Below are positions 25,716 through 39,085 of a stretch of DNA of 64,000 bases, piece by piece. Position 1 is the first letter of the stretch. Every line of letters begins with the position of its first letter. The notes under the pieces were generated by a model, which worked only from the letters and a program-made list of their open reading frames with translations, did not search any database and was not told where the DNA came from. The DNA comes from Octopus vulgaris (taxonomy: Eukaryota): positions 157,356,001 to 157,420,000 of the forward strand of contig OX597815.1 of assembly GCA_951406725.2 (NCBI GenBank), read 5' to 3'. The translations under genes and the position numbers were made by a program.

Positions 25716-26968
25716 AGTAGACAAGAGTTGTTTTGGCATTTATACATTTAGGCAGGTTTAAATGGGTGGTGGTGGGGGACTTTTTTGGGGGTAGGCATGG
25801 CGCAAAACTGTCATTATTAGGGGAGTGGTCAAAGGAATCGGTGGTAAAGTAGATAAAAGAATAAATAAAAGAATAAAAAATAAATAGAAAAATAGAGTTT
25901 TAGGTAAGTAAGGAGACTCTCACTTGTACATCTACATATATATATATACACATATCTACACCCACATATTCACATATATCTATAAACATACATACATACA
26001 TACCCACATATACATACATATATATATGCATACATACACATACATATACATATACATATATATACATATATATACACGTACCCATGTACTTACACACAAA
26101 AACACATATACATACATATATATACATATATGTAAACACACTCGCACATATATATACATACACACATATATATACACATGCATATACATGCACACACATA
26201 CACACACATTTTTATTCTCTTATTTTAATTTTATTATTACTACTACTTTTGTTTATATCTTTATTTTTATCTTGACCGGTCAGCCGGTCTCAAGGGATGA
26301 TCTAAAGATTCCGTTTATCTATCTACTGACTGATACAGACGCAAGCACTCACTCACGCCCACACACTCACACGTACACACATACTCATACGCACACGCAT
26401 ACACATACATACCTCAATACACCCACAGAAGACTAGTCCATACATATACACTATTTAATATATATACACATATACATATACACATACATACACATACATA
26501 CATATACATACACATATACATATATATATACATATATATACATATACATATACATACACATATACATTCATACATATATACACATACACACATATATATA
26601 CATATATATATATATGCGTACACATACACACACACACGCGCATCTATATATACACATAAGTACTTACATGCATAAATGTATACATATGTCTATACATATG
26701 CATACACATCCACACACACACGCGCCTCCTTATGTTCATAAATACATACATGCATACAGGCACATACATATATACATACATGCATACTCAAATAATAATA
26801 ATAATAATAATAAATATATATACGTGCAGTTACCCATTATACAGACGGATACATACATATAAACATACCCATATATACCTATTTACACATATGTATATAT
26901 ACATACATACATACACACATAACTCTACATACCTACATATACATAAACACACAAGCGTACACATATAT

Positions 26969-27035
<67 letters not shown>

Positions 27036-27622
27036 CATACATACACACACATACACACACATATATATATACATTTACACACACATTTTTTTACACATAT
27101 ATACATATATACACATACACATGCATATACACATATATATATATACATATATATATACATACATATGTGCATATATACACATATATATATATATATATAT
27201 ACACACAAGCACATACATGCATAAATGTATACATATGTTTATACAAATACATACACACACACACACTCACGCGCCTCCTTATATACATAAATACATACAT
27301 GCATACAAACGCATACTCATGTAATAAATAATGAATAATAAATAATAATAATAAATAATAGATATATATACACATGCAGTTACCCTTTGTACAGGCGGAA
27401 ACATACATATAAGCGTACACGTATATACCTATCTACACATATGTATATATACATACATGCACATACACATAACTCTACATACTTACATATACATGAACAC
27501 ACGAGCGTACACATATATATACATATATATATACACATATATATATACACATACATACACATACATACACACATATATACACATACATATATACATACAT
27601 ATACATACATACACATACATAC

Positions 27623-27675
<53 letters not shown>

Positions 27676-28032
27676 TAAAAAAAACACACATACACATACA
27701 CATGTACATACACATACACATACATATACACGCACTCACATACATGTGTATATTCCTACTAACACCCATTCATTTCTATACATATATACAATACATATAT
27801 ACAAGTGTACATATACAATCTGTGAATAGTCTTAGGAGGAAAGTTAATCGTGGGGTGCTGGGGGGACGGTGGGGTTGGGGGGGTTTGTGGGTGGGGTGTC
27901 GTCAATCGGGTTGCCGGGTGGGTCTATAGTTCTTGTAGTTTGCATAAATTTTATGCATGCAATTTGGGGAGTGTTCTGAGATCTTGTTGAGGAGATGGCC
28001 TTTGGCGAACAAGATCTCTAGGCTCTCGGAAA

Positions 28033-28209
28033 TGCAAAGGTCACTACACAGGAGGCCATACCTGCTGTGACCTTTGCATTTCCGAGAGCCTAGAGATCTT
28101 GTTCGCCAAAGGCCATCTCCTCAACAAGATCTCAGAACACTCCCCAAATTGCATGCGTAAAATTTATGCAAACTACAAGAACTATAGACCCACCCGGCAA
28201 CCCGATTGA
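28033..28209 (+). pseudogene. C-terminus of a PLE GIY-YIG endonuclease at the palindrome centre
   Basis: CKGHYTGGHTCCDLCISESLEILFAKGHLLNKISEHSPNCM(R/H)...* matches the Neptune-type Y.GG...C.LC..E...I.....LLN..SE....C.H motif. Confidence 0.75.
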
Positions 28210-28439
28210 CGACACCCCACCCACAAAACCCCCCAACCCCACCGTCCCCCCAGCACCCCCCGATTAACTTTCCTCCTAAGACTATTCACAGATTGTATAT
28301 GTACACTTGTATATATGTATTGTATATATGTATAGAAATGAATGGGTGTTAGTAGGAATATACGCATGTATGTGAGTGCGTGTATATGTATGTGTATGTG
28401 TATGTACATGTGTATGTGTATGTGTGGGTTTTTTTTATA

Positions 28440-28490
<51 letters not shown>

Positions 28491-28911
28491 ATGTTTATGT
28501 ATGTGTATGTATGTATATGTATGTATATATGTATGTGTATATATGTGTGTATGTATGTGTATGTATGTGTATATATATATGTGTATATATATATATGTAT
28601 ATATATGTGTACGCTCGTGTGTTCATGTATATGTAAGTATGTAGAGTTATGTGTATGTGCATGTATGTATATATACATATGTGTAGATAGGTATATACGT
28701 GTATGCTTATATGTATGTTTCCGCCTGTACAAAGGGTAACTGCATGTGTATATATATCTATTATTTATTATTATTATTTATTATTCATTATTTATTACAT
28801 GAGAATGCGTTTGTATGCATGTATGTATTTATGTATATAAGGAGGCGCGTGAGTGTGTGTATGTGTATGTATTTGTATAAACATATGTATACATTTATGC
28901 ATGTATGTGCT

Positions 28912-28948
<37 letters not shown>

Positions 28949-29102
28949 ATATATGCACATATGTATATATATATGTATATATATATGTGTATATGTATGT
29001 GTATGTGTATATATGTATATATGTGTAAAAAAATGTGTGTGTAAATGTATATATATATGTGTGTGTATGTGTGTGTATGTATGTATATATGTATATGTAT
29101 AT

Positions 29103-29156
<54 letters not shown>

Positions 29157-30410
29157 ATATGTATATATATGTGTACGCTTGTGTGTTTATGTATATGTAG
29201 GTATGTAGAGTTATGTGTGTATGTATGTATGTATATATACATATGTGTAAATAGGTATATATGGGTATGTTTATATGTATGTATCCGTCTGTATAATGGG
29301 TAACTGCACGTATATATATTTATTATTATTATTATTATTTGAGTATGCATGTATGTATATATGTATGTGCCTGTATGCATGTATGTATTTATGAACATAA
29401 GGAGGCGCGTGTGTGTGTGGATGTGTATGCATATGTCTATACATATGTATACATTTATGCATGTATGTACTTATGTGTATATATAGATGCGCGTGTGTGT
29501 GTGTGTATGTGTACGCATATATATATATATGTATATATGTGTGTGTATGTGTATATATGTATGAATGTATATGTGTATGTATATGTATATGTGTATATAT
29601 GTATATATATATGTGTATGTATATGTATGTATGTGTATGTATGTGTATATGTATATGTGTATATATATTAATTAGTGTATATGTATGGACTAGTCTTCTG
29701 TGGGTGTATTGAGGTATGTATGTGTATGCGTGTGCGTATGAGTATGTGTGTACGTGTGAGTGTGTGGGCGTGAGTGAGTGCTTGCGTCTGTATCAGTCAG
29801 TAGATAGATAAACGGAATCTTTAGATCATCCCTTGAGACCGGCTGACCGGTCAAGATAAAAATAAAGATATAAACAAAAGTAGTAGTAATAATAAAATTA
29901 AAATAAGAGAATAAAAATGTGTGTGTATGTGTGTGCATGTATATGCATGTGTATATATATGTGTGTATGTATATATATGTGCGGGTGTGTATACATATAT
30001 GTATATATATGTATGTATATGTGTTTTTGTGTGTAAGTACATGGGTACGTGTATATATATGTATATATATGTATATGTATATGTATGTGTATGTATGCAT
30101 ATATATATGTATGTATATGTGGGTATGTATGTATGTATGTGTATAGATATATGTGAATATGTGGGTGTAGATATGTGTATATATATATATGTAGATGTAC
30201 AAGTGAGAGTCTCCTTACTTACCTAAAACTCTATTTTTCTATTTATTTTTTATTCTTTTATTTATTTTTTTATCTACTTTACCACCGATTCCTTTGACCA
30301 CTCCCCTAATAATGACAGTTTTGCGCCATGCCTACCCCCAAAAAAGTCCCCCACCACCACCCATTTAAACCTGCCTAAATGTATAAATGCCAAAACAACT
30401 CTTGTCTACT

Positions 30411-30461
30411 AGCTTCCTGATGATTTCTTTTGAATGAAACAGTTCTAGTCCTGTAGAAGCT
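30411..30461 (+). ncRNA. Type I hammerhead ribozyme (right arm); predicted cleavage after GUA at 30455
   Basis: AGCTTC CTGATGA t TTC tttt GAA t GAAA CAG ttctagtc CTG TA GAAGCT; all core residues present, 6-bp stem I. Confidence 0.8.
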
Positions 30462-30516
30462 CCTTCTATATAATAAATATATATACATATATATATATAT
30501 TTATGTATGTATATAC

Positions 30517-30554
<38 letters not shown>

Positions 30555-31019
30555 ATGTGTGTGTTTGCATTTATGTACGTACGTTCTTCTCATTTGTCTC
30601 GAGTTCTCCTAAATTTATGCTATACATGTATGTGTATAGGTGAGTGTGTGTGTATGTATTTGTGTCTGTGTGTGCCCCTATGAGCGTGTGTACGTGTGTA
30701 TGTATTATATTTGTTGTCACTGTATGTGTCATATATCGAAATTATATGTATGTTAGCGTTTACGGAATATATTAGGTCAATTATCACTTATAGGTTATCT
30801 TTCCGTTTCAATATAACGATTGAGAAATTGTGCCATTTGAAGTTTTGCTTAAACTGTGTTGAATGTTGAATAATTTGAGGACGAAATTGTTTCTGTAAGT
30901 CTTTGGGGCTATCAGTTACATAGCCAACACATCGAAAATAGAAGTGACACACCATGTTCACATGGTATATTTATGGTGTTGGTCATGCAGAGCAGTGCAA
31001 ATGTACTCAACTCTATAAA

Positions 31020-32330
31020 CATGATGGATATGTTGCTAATTATGTCAGTTTCTTGTAAACTTTCTAAATACTTTTTCTAATGGACGCAAGCTATATTCCT
31101 TCGATGTTTATTGCTTCATGATTTTGTCGAGTTGTTCAGCGATCATGTGTTCTGTACATTTATTTACAAAATTATAGTTCGAAGAGAGCTATTATATTTT
31201 TCAGAATGTTTATGTTTCTATAGATATATGCTTTGGTGAATTATTCAATTCATTGTAAAGGAACATTTCTCCCAAGACTGTCTCCAGCATTAATAAATGG
31301 CAACACGTTAATTACCACAGTAGACACGCTGAATTTTTAATTATCTTAACTTCCTTTATTTTGAATAATCTGCTGTTGCTCCCCACTCTGTTCAACTGAA
31401 TATCTCGATTGCTTGCGAGTATTGAAAAGCAACCGGCCAGCAGGAGTTATTTTATCGTGTACCTTGGAATATTAAAGGATTTATTGCTGGATGTTTATGT
31501 ACAAAAATAGGAAGTTGCTATCTCGAGTGCCAACACTCTTATAGCCGATTACCCGTTTTCCATCACGGACAAGCGATCGAAGACAACATTTCCCCTAAAC
31601 GGGACGTGAGTCCGTTGCAAGGTTACTCATTCACATCTGAATGGACTGGAGCAATGTAAAATCGAAGTCTTTTGTTCAAGAACACAACACGCCGCATGGT
31701 CTGGCAATCAAAAACATGATCTTGAGATCGGGAATGTAATACCCTAACCCCTCGACCACAGTCCTTCAGGTGATTGTATACATTTAAAAAAAATATTATT
31801 TCTATTTTTTCGTCCGTCTTTACATTCTGAGCGCAAATTCCGGAGAGGTCGACTTTGAATTTCATCCATTCGTGTACGATAAAATAAGTACGAGTTAAGC
31901 ACTATGGTCGATGTAATCTACTTACCCCACCCCTAAAATTGCTGGCCTTGTATCCAATTCATTAATGGAAGATCGATAAAATGTGTTTCTACAGCACTAC
32001 AACCATAATGGATATGTTGCTAATTATCTCGGTTTCTTGTAAAGTTTCTAAGTACTCTTCTAATGGGCGCAAGCTATAATTCTTCGATTTTTATTGCTTC
32101 TGTCGACTTCTTCAGCGATCTTGTGTTCTGTGCATTTATTTACAAAATTATAGTTCGAAGAAGGTTACAATATTTTTCAGAATGTTTAACCTTCTATAGA
32201 TATATGCTTCGTGAATTCTTCATTTCATTTAAAAGAACATTTCTCCCAAGATTGTCTTCAGTAATAATAAATGTCAACACGTTAATTACCACAGCAGACA
32301 CGCTGAATTTTTAATTGTTTTATCTTTCTT
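31020..32330. repeat. Diverged ~310-bp direct repeat (about 31020-31330 and 32005-32320) separated by SINE fragments
   Basis: atggatatgttgctaattat...ttaattaccacag.agacacgctgaatttttaatt is present twice. Confidence 0.8.
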
Positions 32331-33766
32331 CATTTTGGATAGTTTGCTAATGGCGCGTAGTATATGTCTAATTTTTTTAAAATATACAACTTTATCCATA
32401 ACAATTAAATTAAGCCTATCACATCTCAATATCACGATTTTATCGTTGTTTTTTATGAGAATTTAGTCTTAGTGTTTTATGTTAATGGCATATTAATTGT
32501 GTGCGTGTGTTTACACACACATACATACACATACACACATACATACATACATACACATACACACATACATACACACACATGCACACATACATACAAATAC
32601 ATACACGCATACATACACACATGCATACTCACACGTCTGTGATGCTTGTCTCTCGATTTTAATTTGTGAATTGTTTCTTTTTTTCCTCTAACATTACCTA
32701 GCAATTGAATAAGCAATTCTAGTTCAGCCCTTTGGGATTAGGCTATATTTCCTTTTCAAGCAGAAGCTGATACCGAAGTTGAGAGTTGTGAGTTGTAATA
32801 TGATTTGACTTAAGTGTGTGGTATGACAGGTTAAAGAATTTATCTCCTTGTGTCTGCAGCTTTGAGTTATCTTTAATTGCTTATTTCGAAAAAGAAGAAC
32901 AACTCATGGCTTCAGAGCCTGGTGGACATTAGGGGAAAATTTATTGTCAGGTAGGAGACTTAACCTGAATACCTGCCGCAATGCAAAAGCCAATAGAAGC
33001 ATCTAATGATCAGATGGTGGTCTTAAACTGGATCTAAAAGTTATATCTGTGCGTTGTCGATAGCTTTGAGGGTATTGTTTCTCCTTATTGAGATGCTGGG
33101 TTTTTTTTTAAATCCGACATCGTGGATATCACAAAAGCAATATCATTCCAAAGTTTTCACTTTGAAAAACAAAGACAATTACAAAATGATTAATATCAAC
33201 TTGTTGAAGATATGACTGAGAAGGCTTAAATAAATTGCTGGACCTAAGAACCGTGTCTTTACTCGAAATCACTCCCGATCAAGGCACATATGTCAATTTT
33301 AAGAAAATGGCTGAGTGAAAAGAGGAGTGCCACATCAAAGCCGCAACAACTGTGTAAATATTTGCATATTTAAGACAACAAATTGATAATTGGGAAAAAA
33401 ATAAGGGATAAAATATTTTAATGAAGTTTGACGTGAAGGTAATAAAACCTCACAAAAATATTAGCTGAAATAAAATATAGTGACTGAGATGACCATAAAG
33501 GGGTTAATAAAAGGAAATAAAATGAAATAGTCATAAAAGAATTCATAAATATAGCAAAATTAGGTAATTTTGGACAATGTTAGACAAGATCTGTTTTACC
33601 GCTGAATTTTAAAAGATCGAGATCATATTTTGCAACAAAATAAGGAAGAGAAAGTTTATTCCACAATTCAGCTGTTTTTGCATGTAACTTACAATATGTT
33701 CGTGAGATATTCAGGAAGCGCAGATTCTATTTATTACATCGCTAAACTGATTTCTGGTGGTAAATT

Positions 33767-34182
33767 GGATCGGTTTGAATGGCAGTTTTTAACGTAATTT
33801 CTAGGTAACTAAAAAATTTTAAACTTCGTATACTGGTAGAATATGTTTATAAAACATCTTTTTCTCTTGGCTTTATTGAGAAAATTCTATAGTTTGTAAG
33901 ATATCTGTTGTTTTTTTCTTCAATTTCTGCAATTTCAACCAATCAATGACCGTCTATTGAGGTGAAAGCATTCTGTGCCGTATGAAAATGTCCCTCGTTT
34001 AAGAAACAGATTGAGTTTATTTACATTTGTGAAGAAAAAAAGATACCCTTCCCCCACCCCTAACCGTAACCCTAACCCTAAAATAGATTGAAATGCAATA
34101 GATCGATACTAGGGTCGTAATTATGGGTGACAATTTCATATGACACCGCTAGAAAAAACTGCCGTTCAAACCGAAAAGATCC
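33767..34182. mobile_element. MITE-like element with terminal inverted repeats and internal (CCCTAA)-like repeats
   Basis: ggatc-ggtttgaatggcagttttt / aaaaactgccgttcaaaccgaaaagatcc; cctaaccgtaaccctaacccta inside; flanked by a 93-bp duplication. Confidence 0.75.
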
Positions 34183-34339
34183 GTTTTTGCATGTAATTTA
34201 CAATATGTTCGTGAGATATTCAGGAAGCGCGGATTCTATTTATTACATTGCTAAACCGATATCTGGTAGTAAATTTTCTCCGAAAAGAAATCAAAGCTCA
34301 TCTAGACACTTTCCATGATAGTGATAGTATGTTAATGTC

Positions 34340-34648
34340 TAAAGGGTAAAGACCCCCTTCGGTCATGAGTGACCATGGGATTGCACCTAGAAAGTTACCC
34401 TCCTAGACACAAGTCCGGGCAAGGTTGTTTATGGAAGACCAGCAGTCGCCCATGCATACCAGCCTTCCCTCTCCACGCCACCAGTGTTATCCAGGGGAAA
34501 GACAAAGGTCGATACAGCTTGGCAACTGGAGCAACGTGAAATAAAGTGCCTTGCTCAAGAACACAACACGCAGCCCGGTCCGGGATTCGAGCTCACAACC
34601 TCACGATCGTAAGCTCGACGCTCTAACCACTGAGCCATGCGCCTTCAC
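34340..34648 (-). mobile_element. tRNA-derived SINE, family C
   Basis: Reverse complement of 8354-8690 with an internal deletion. Confidence 0.8.
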
Positions 34649-34935
34649 TAGACATTTTAATGTCTAGACTAATATGAATACCGTACCTTCCTCAGCTGTG
34701 TGATTAAATAATAAATGCCGTTACAGTTAAGCTCTAGGTTAGGCTTGATTTAAATAACTATTTGCTATAAATATTGGTAATCAAAAGAATGAAAGGATGC
34801 TTTTCTTCAACTAAGTGTTCCTCGAGCTGTGAATAAATAGGACAATCTCCTTTATCATTCTGTGTCTGAAGAGAATAATGAGATGTATTCATCTAATTAA
34901 TATATATTTATATATTCATCTAATGTATTCATCTA

Positions 34936-35017
<82 letters not shown>

Positions 35018-35169
35018 TATGCAGATGCAGCACGAAGTTTTGTCAGTGAACAGGTCACAGTCTCAAAGCGAGAAAAATATTTTGACAAATTAAATTTAAA
35101 TGTTGAAGTGAATCTAACGGTTTTGTGTGTTTCTTAAATGGCTTATAAACACCTTCCACGCTGTAATTG

Positions 35170-35220
<51 letters not shown>

Positions 35221-35374
35221 GATGGGCTTCTCTCAGTTTCCGTCTACCAAATCCACTCATAAGGCTTTAGTCGGACCGATGCTATAGTAGAAGGCACTTG
35301 CCCAACGTACCACGCAGTGGGGCTGAACCCAAGTCCATGTGAGTGCGAAACAAGCTTCTTATCACACAGCCTAT

Positions 35375-35476
<102 letters not shown>

Positions 35477-37069
35477 AATCAAAATAAGCAACAAGGAGGT
35501 CTTGCAGTACGATAGTTTCACGCAACTCCATTTAATTGAACAATGCAATCATTACATTAATTTAAAATGTAGACCAAATTCAGTTGCACAAAGACATAGA
35601 ATTTAATTAAATTAGAACAGATGGATACATTAGTATAATTACACCTAAAATATCCAAGCAGTTAAGGAGATAGACAAAGAATATGTTATCTCTACTTCGG
35701 CATAGAAGTTACTAAAATTATCAAGAGTTTTTGTCTCTATGGGGTCAGTTTTAATTTATAGACTAGTTTATCAAATCCCTCGTATATCTAAGGCTGAGAG
35801 AACAGCGGGCAGTATCTATTAGGGGTAGAGCTGGGGTAGTAAACAGACGTTCTAGTTGGTATGGTCATAAAAATCAAAATTTATTATAAGCAATATCATG
35901 AGGTTTAGTAGGGGGGAAACTTAAAACAAGATGTTAGCTGATAGTTAAGGGGGATGTCCACTAGCAGACTATTGATAATGAAACAGGGGAAGTCTTATCT
36001 TATGGTACTATTGTTAAATATTTTAAACAATGTTGCTATGTAAACAGTTAAAGTTTACGGTTATTCAAAAGATTATGAAGAAGAATATTATAACAAAAGA
36101 ATAGAAATTTATGAATACTTTTGAGTATATACCAAACTTCTTACCACAATAGAGGGAGGAAAATAAATTATCCAGAAATAGTTTAATATTTATACATATT
36201 GTATACTTAAATACTAACTTATCAGATAGCATTTGTGAATATTGATTTATTGGTATATACTGGTATTAATAAAGGAGTATTGGGGTAAAAGAACACGTTA
36301 ATTATATATTAATAAAATTTTAATCTAAGCAGTATGTTTTAATAAGTAGTGAATATACCAGTATAGTTTTATATAAGCTAAGTATGAATTTATAGAGATA
36401 CAAAAATTAGATTAATTTTATAAATAAATAAAGGCTGATTATAAAATAATAAAGAAATAAAATAATCAATTAGGGCAGAAAACCATAGAATAGGAAATAT
36501 GATGGCTTAATTACTAATACTATGGTAAAGTATATGTAGATTGTTAACACCAACAGAGAAGATTTTTAGAAAAAGTATAATAATTCAAAATATATTAGAT
36601 TACAAATTATATACTTACTTATTTAACTAATATCAATAAAAGACTGATGTTTGGTATCGGCTAAAGGAAGTTATGAAACAATCATATTTTACACTAATCT
36701 TTTTTTTTTTTTTAATTAACGGTTATATTATAGGTTTAAGAAGTTATTATTGTTACTCCCTACATGATATTTATGGTTTCTTAGTGGTACTTGTTTAGAA
36801 GGGTTATTTATATAAAGGCCCTTATAAATACGAAGATCAGGAGGGTAGAGCCATTTAAGAAAGAGATAAATCAAGTAATTTCTAAATATTATTTCAAACA
36901 ATATTGTCTTATTGTATAAAGTTAAAATTTAGGGCAATCAAGGAGATTATTAAGAATGAAATTTTAACAAAAGGATAAAACTTTTTTGAATATTTTGAGT
37001 ATATACCAAATTTATATCATAATAGTGGGAGGAAAAGAAAATTGCAAAGAATTAGTTTAATATTTATTT

Positions 37070-37880
37070 ACGTGTGGTAAGTAGCTCGTTTACCAACCAC
37101 ATGGTTCCGGGTTCAGTCCCACTGCGTGGCACCTTGGGCAAGTGTCTTCTACTATAACCTCGGGCCGACCAAAGCCTTGTGAGTGGATTTGGTAGACGGA
37201 AACTGAAAAGAAACCCGTCGTATACTCTTTTACTCTTTTACTCTTTTAATTGTTTCAGTCATTTGACTGCGGCCATGCTGGAGCACCGCCTTTAGTCGAG
37301 CAAATCGACCCCGGGACTTTATTCTTTGTAAGACCAGTACTTATTCTATCGGTCTCTTTTGGCCGAACCGCTAAGTGACGGGGACGTAAACACACCAGCA
37401 TCGGTTGTCAAGCAATGCTAGGGGGACAAACACAGATACACAAACACACACACACACATATATATACATATATACGACAGGCTTCTTTCAGTTTCCGTCT
37501 ACCAAATCCACTCACAAGTAGATGACACTTGCCCAAGGTACCACGCAGTGGGACAGAACCCGGTTGGTAAGCAAGCTACTTACCACACAGCCACTCCTGT
37601 GCCCATGCATGTATTTATGCCCATATAGGCATAAATACATACATAGACACACATAAATATGTATAGATACATATGTGTATATGTATATGTATATACAAGT
37701 AGATGACACTTGCCCAAGGTACCACGCAGTGGGACAGAACCCGGAACTATGTGGTTGGTAAGCAAGCTACTTACCACACAGCCACTCCTGTGCCCATGCA
37801 TGTATTTATGCCCATATAGGCATAAATACATACATAGACACACATAAATATGTATAGATACATATGTGTATATGTATATA
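37070..37880. mobile_element. Cluster of family A SINEs: + 5' half (37070-37225), - copy (from 37240) with tandemly duplicated head
   Basis: Block caagtagatgacacttgcccaagg...gcccatataggcataaatac occurs twice (about 37515 and 37697). Confidence 0.75.
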
Positions 37881-37900
37881 TATATCTAGATACATATATG

Positions 37901-37940
<40 letters not shown>

Positions 37941-38449
37941 CATATTTTTATTTACATCTATACTGAAGGATGTATAGAGAAGTAGTAAAAATGTCAATCT
38001 TACGTCAATTATAATACTAAATATTTTGGAAAATCGCGACGCGACTGTAAAATCGTAAGAAGACACGGAGATGAAGACCCACCCACTTTAACTCGAGCAG
38101 AGAGTAGTGACACCTCCTGTCCTACTTTTGATTCCACACGTCTTAAACAAGGAAATGATTATTTAGATAATATTGACCCAGACGTGTTCCTCAAAAGAAG
38201 AAAGAGTCGCGGCGGAAATACTTTTGATCGTTTGTTTGCTTGGTCAGGGTTGAACTGGGGAAGGATATGAAAGAAACTGGAAGATAATGACGACGGCGAA
38301 AATGGTATTCGTGGCCGCTCAGCACCAGTATAACTTTCATGTTGTAAATGTATGAATTGTGGTTGTATATGTGTGAGGAGGTGTTTGTTTGCTGAAAAAA
38401 AATATCACTTGCTTTTTAGAAGTCTCAAGCATGGAATACACACTCACAT

Positions 38450-38501
<52 letters not shown>

Positions 38502-38589
38502 ACATACATACATACATACATACATACATACATACATACATACATACATACATACATACATACATACTACATACGTACGTACGTACATA

Positions 38590-39085
38590 CGCACAAGGAA
38601 ATCAGTTGCCCAGCGGATGTTAACATAAGCTGAAGATCAGCGAAAAATAAAATGCTTACACTGAACTATTGAAAAATCTACATTTACACTATCCAGATTG
38701 CAAGTTCAGATTCACACCTGTAATTATTGGAGCACTGGGATGTGTTGCGCACTGCCTATCTGCCAATCTTGATAAATTAGGCCTCTCAAAACTAGAAAGA
38801 AGAAAACTGATTCAAAGACTACAGATTGAAACCATCTCTGGAACTGTAAAAATTTGTAAAACTTTCCAGAAGTTTCTCATTTAGATACCTATGAACATGC
38901 CTAGATATGGAACTATATGCATGAGAATGCATACATAAAACGAAACATACAAATCTGCACATATACATACATGCATACAAAAATACCCTGTTGTTGTTGA
39001 AATTCCAATGAAGGAGCCTTGGATCTAATTTAAAAACCACCTCTTTCTCTATTGACAAGAAATCTTGAAATAAACCTGAATAATG
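38590..39085 (+). mobile_element. R4/Dong-like RLE LINE 3' fragment, subfamily b, in (TACA)n
   Basis: [10 protein letters not shown]..., YPDCKFRFTPVIIGALG...ISGTVKICKTFQKF*; (TACA)n on both sides. Confidence 0.75.

Larger units (their letters stand above)
25648..30478. repeat. 4.8-kb palindrome (arms 25648-28044 and 28067-30478; spacer 28045-28066) formed by a fold-back PLE 3' end
   Basis: Arms are reverse complements along their full length apart from scattered substitutions and microsatellite length differences. Confidence 0.95.

Noticed and set aside
34058-34080. Interstitial telomere
   Set aside because: Only about three CCCTAA-like units, internal to a TIR element
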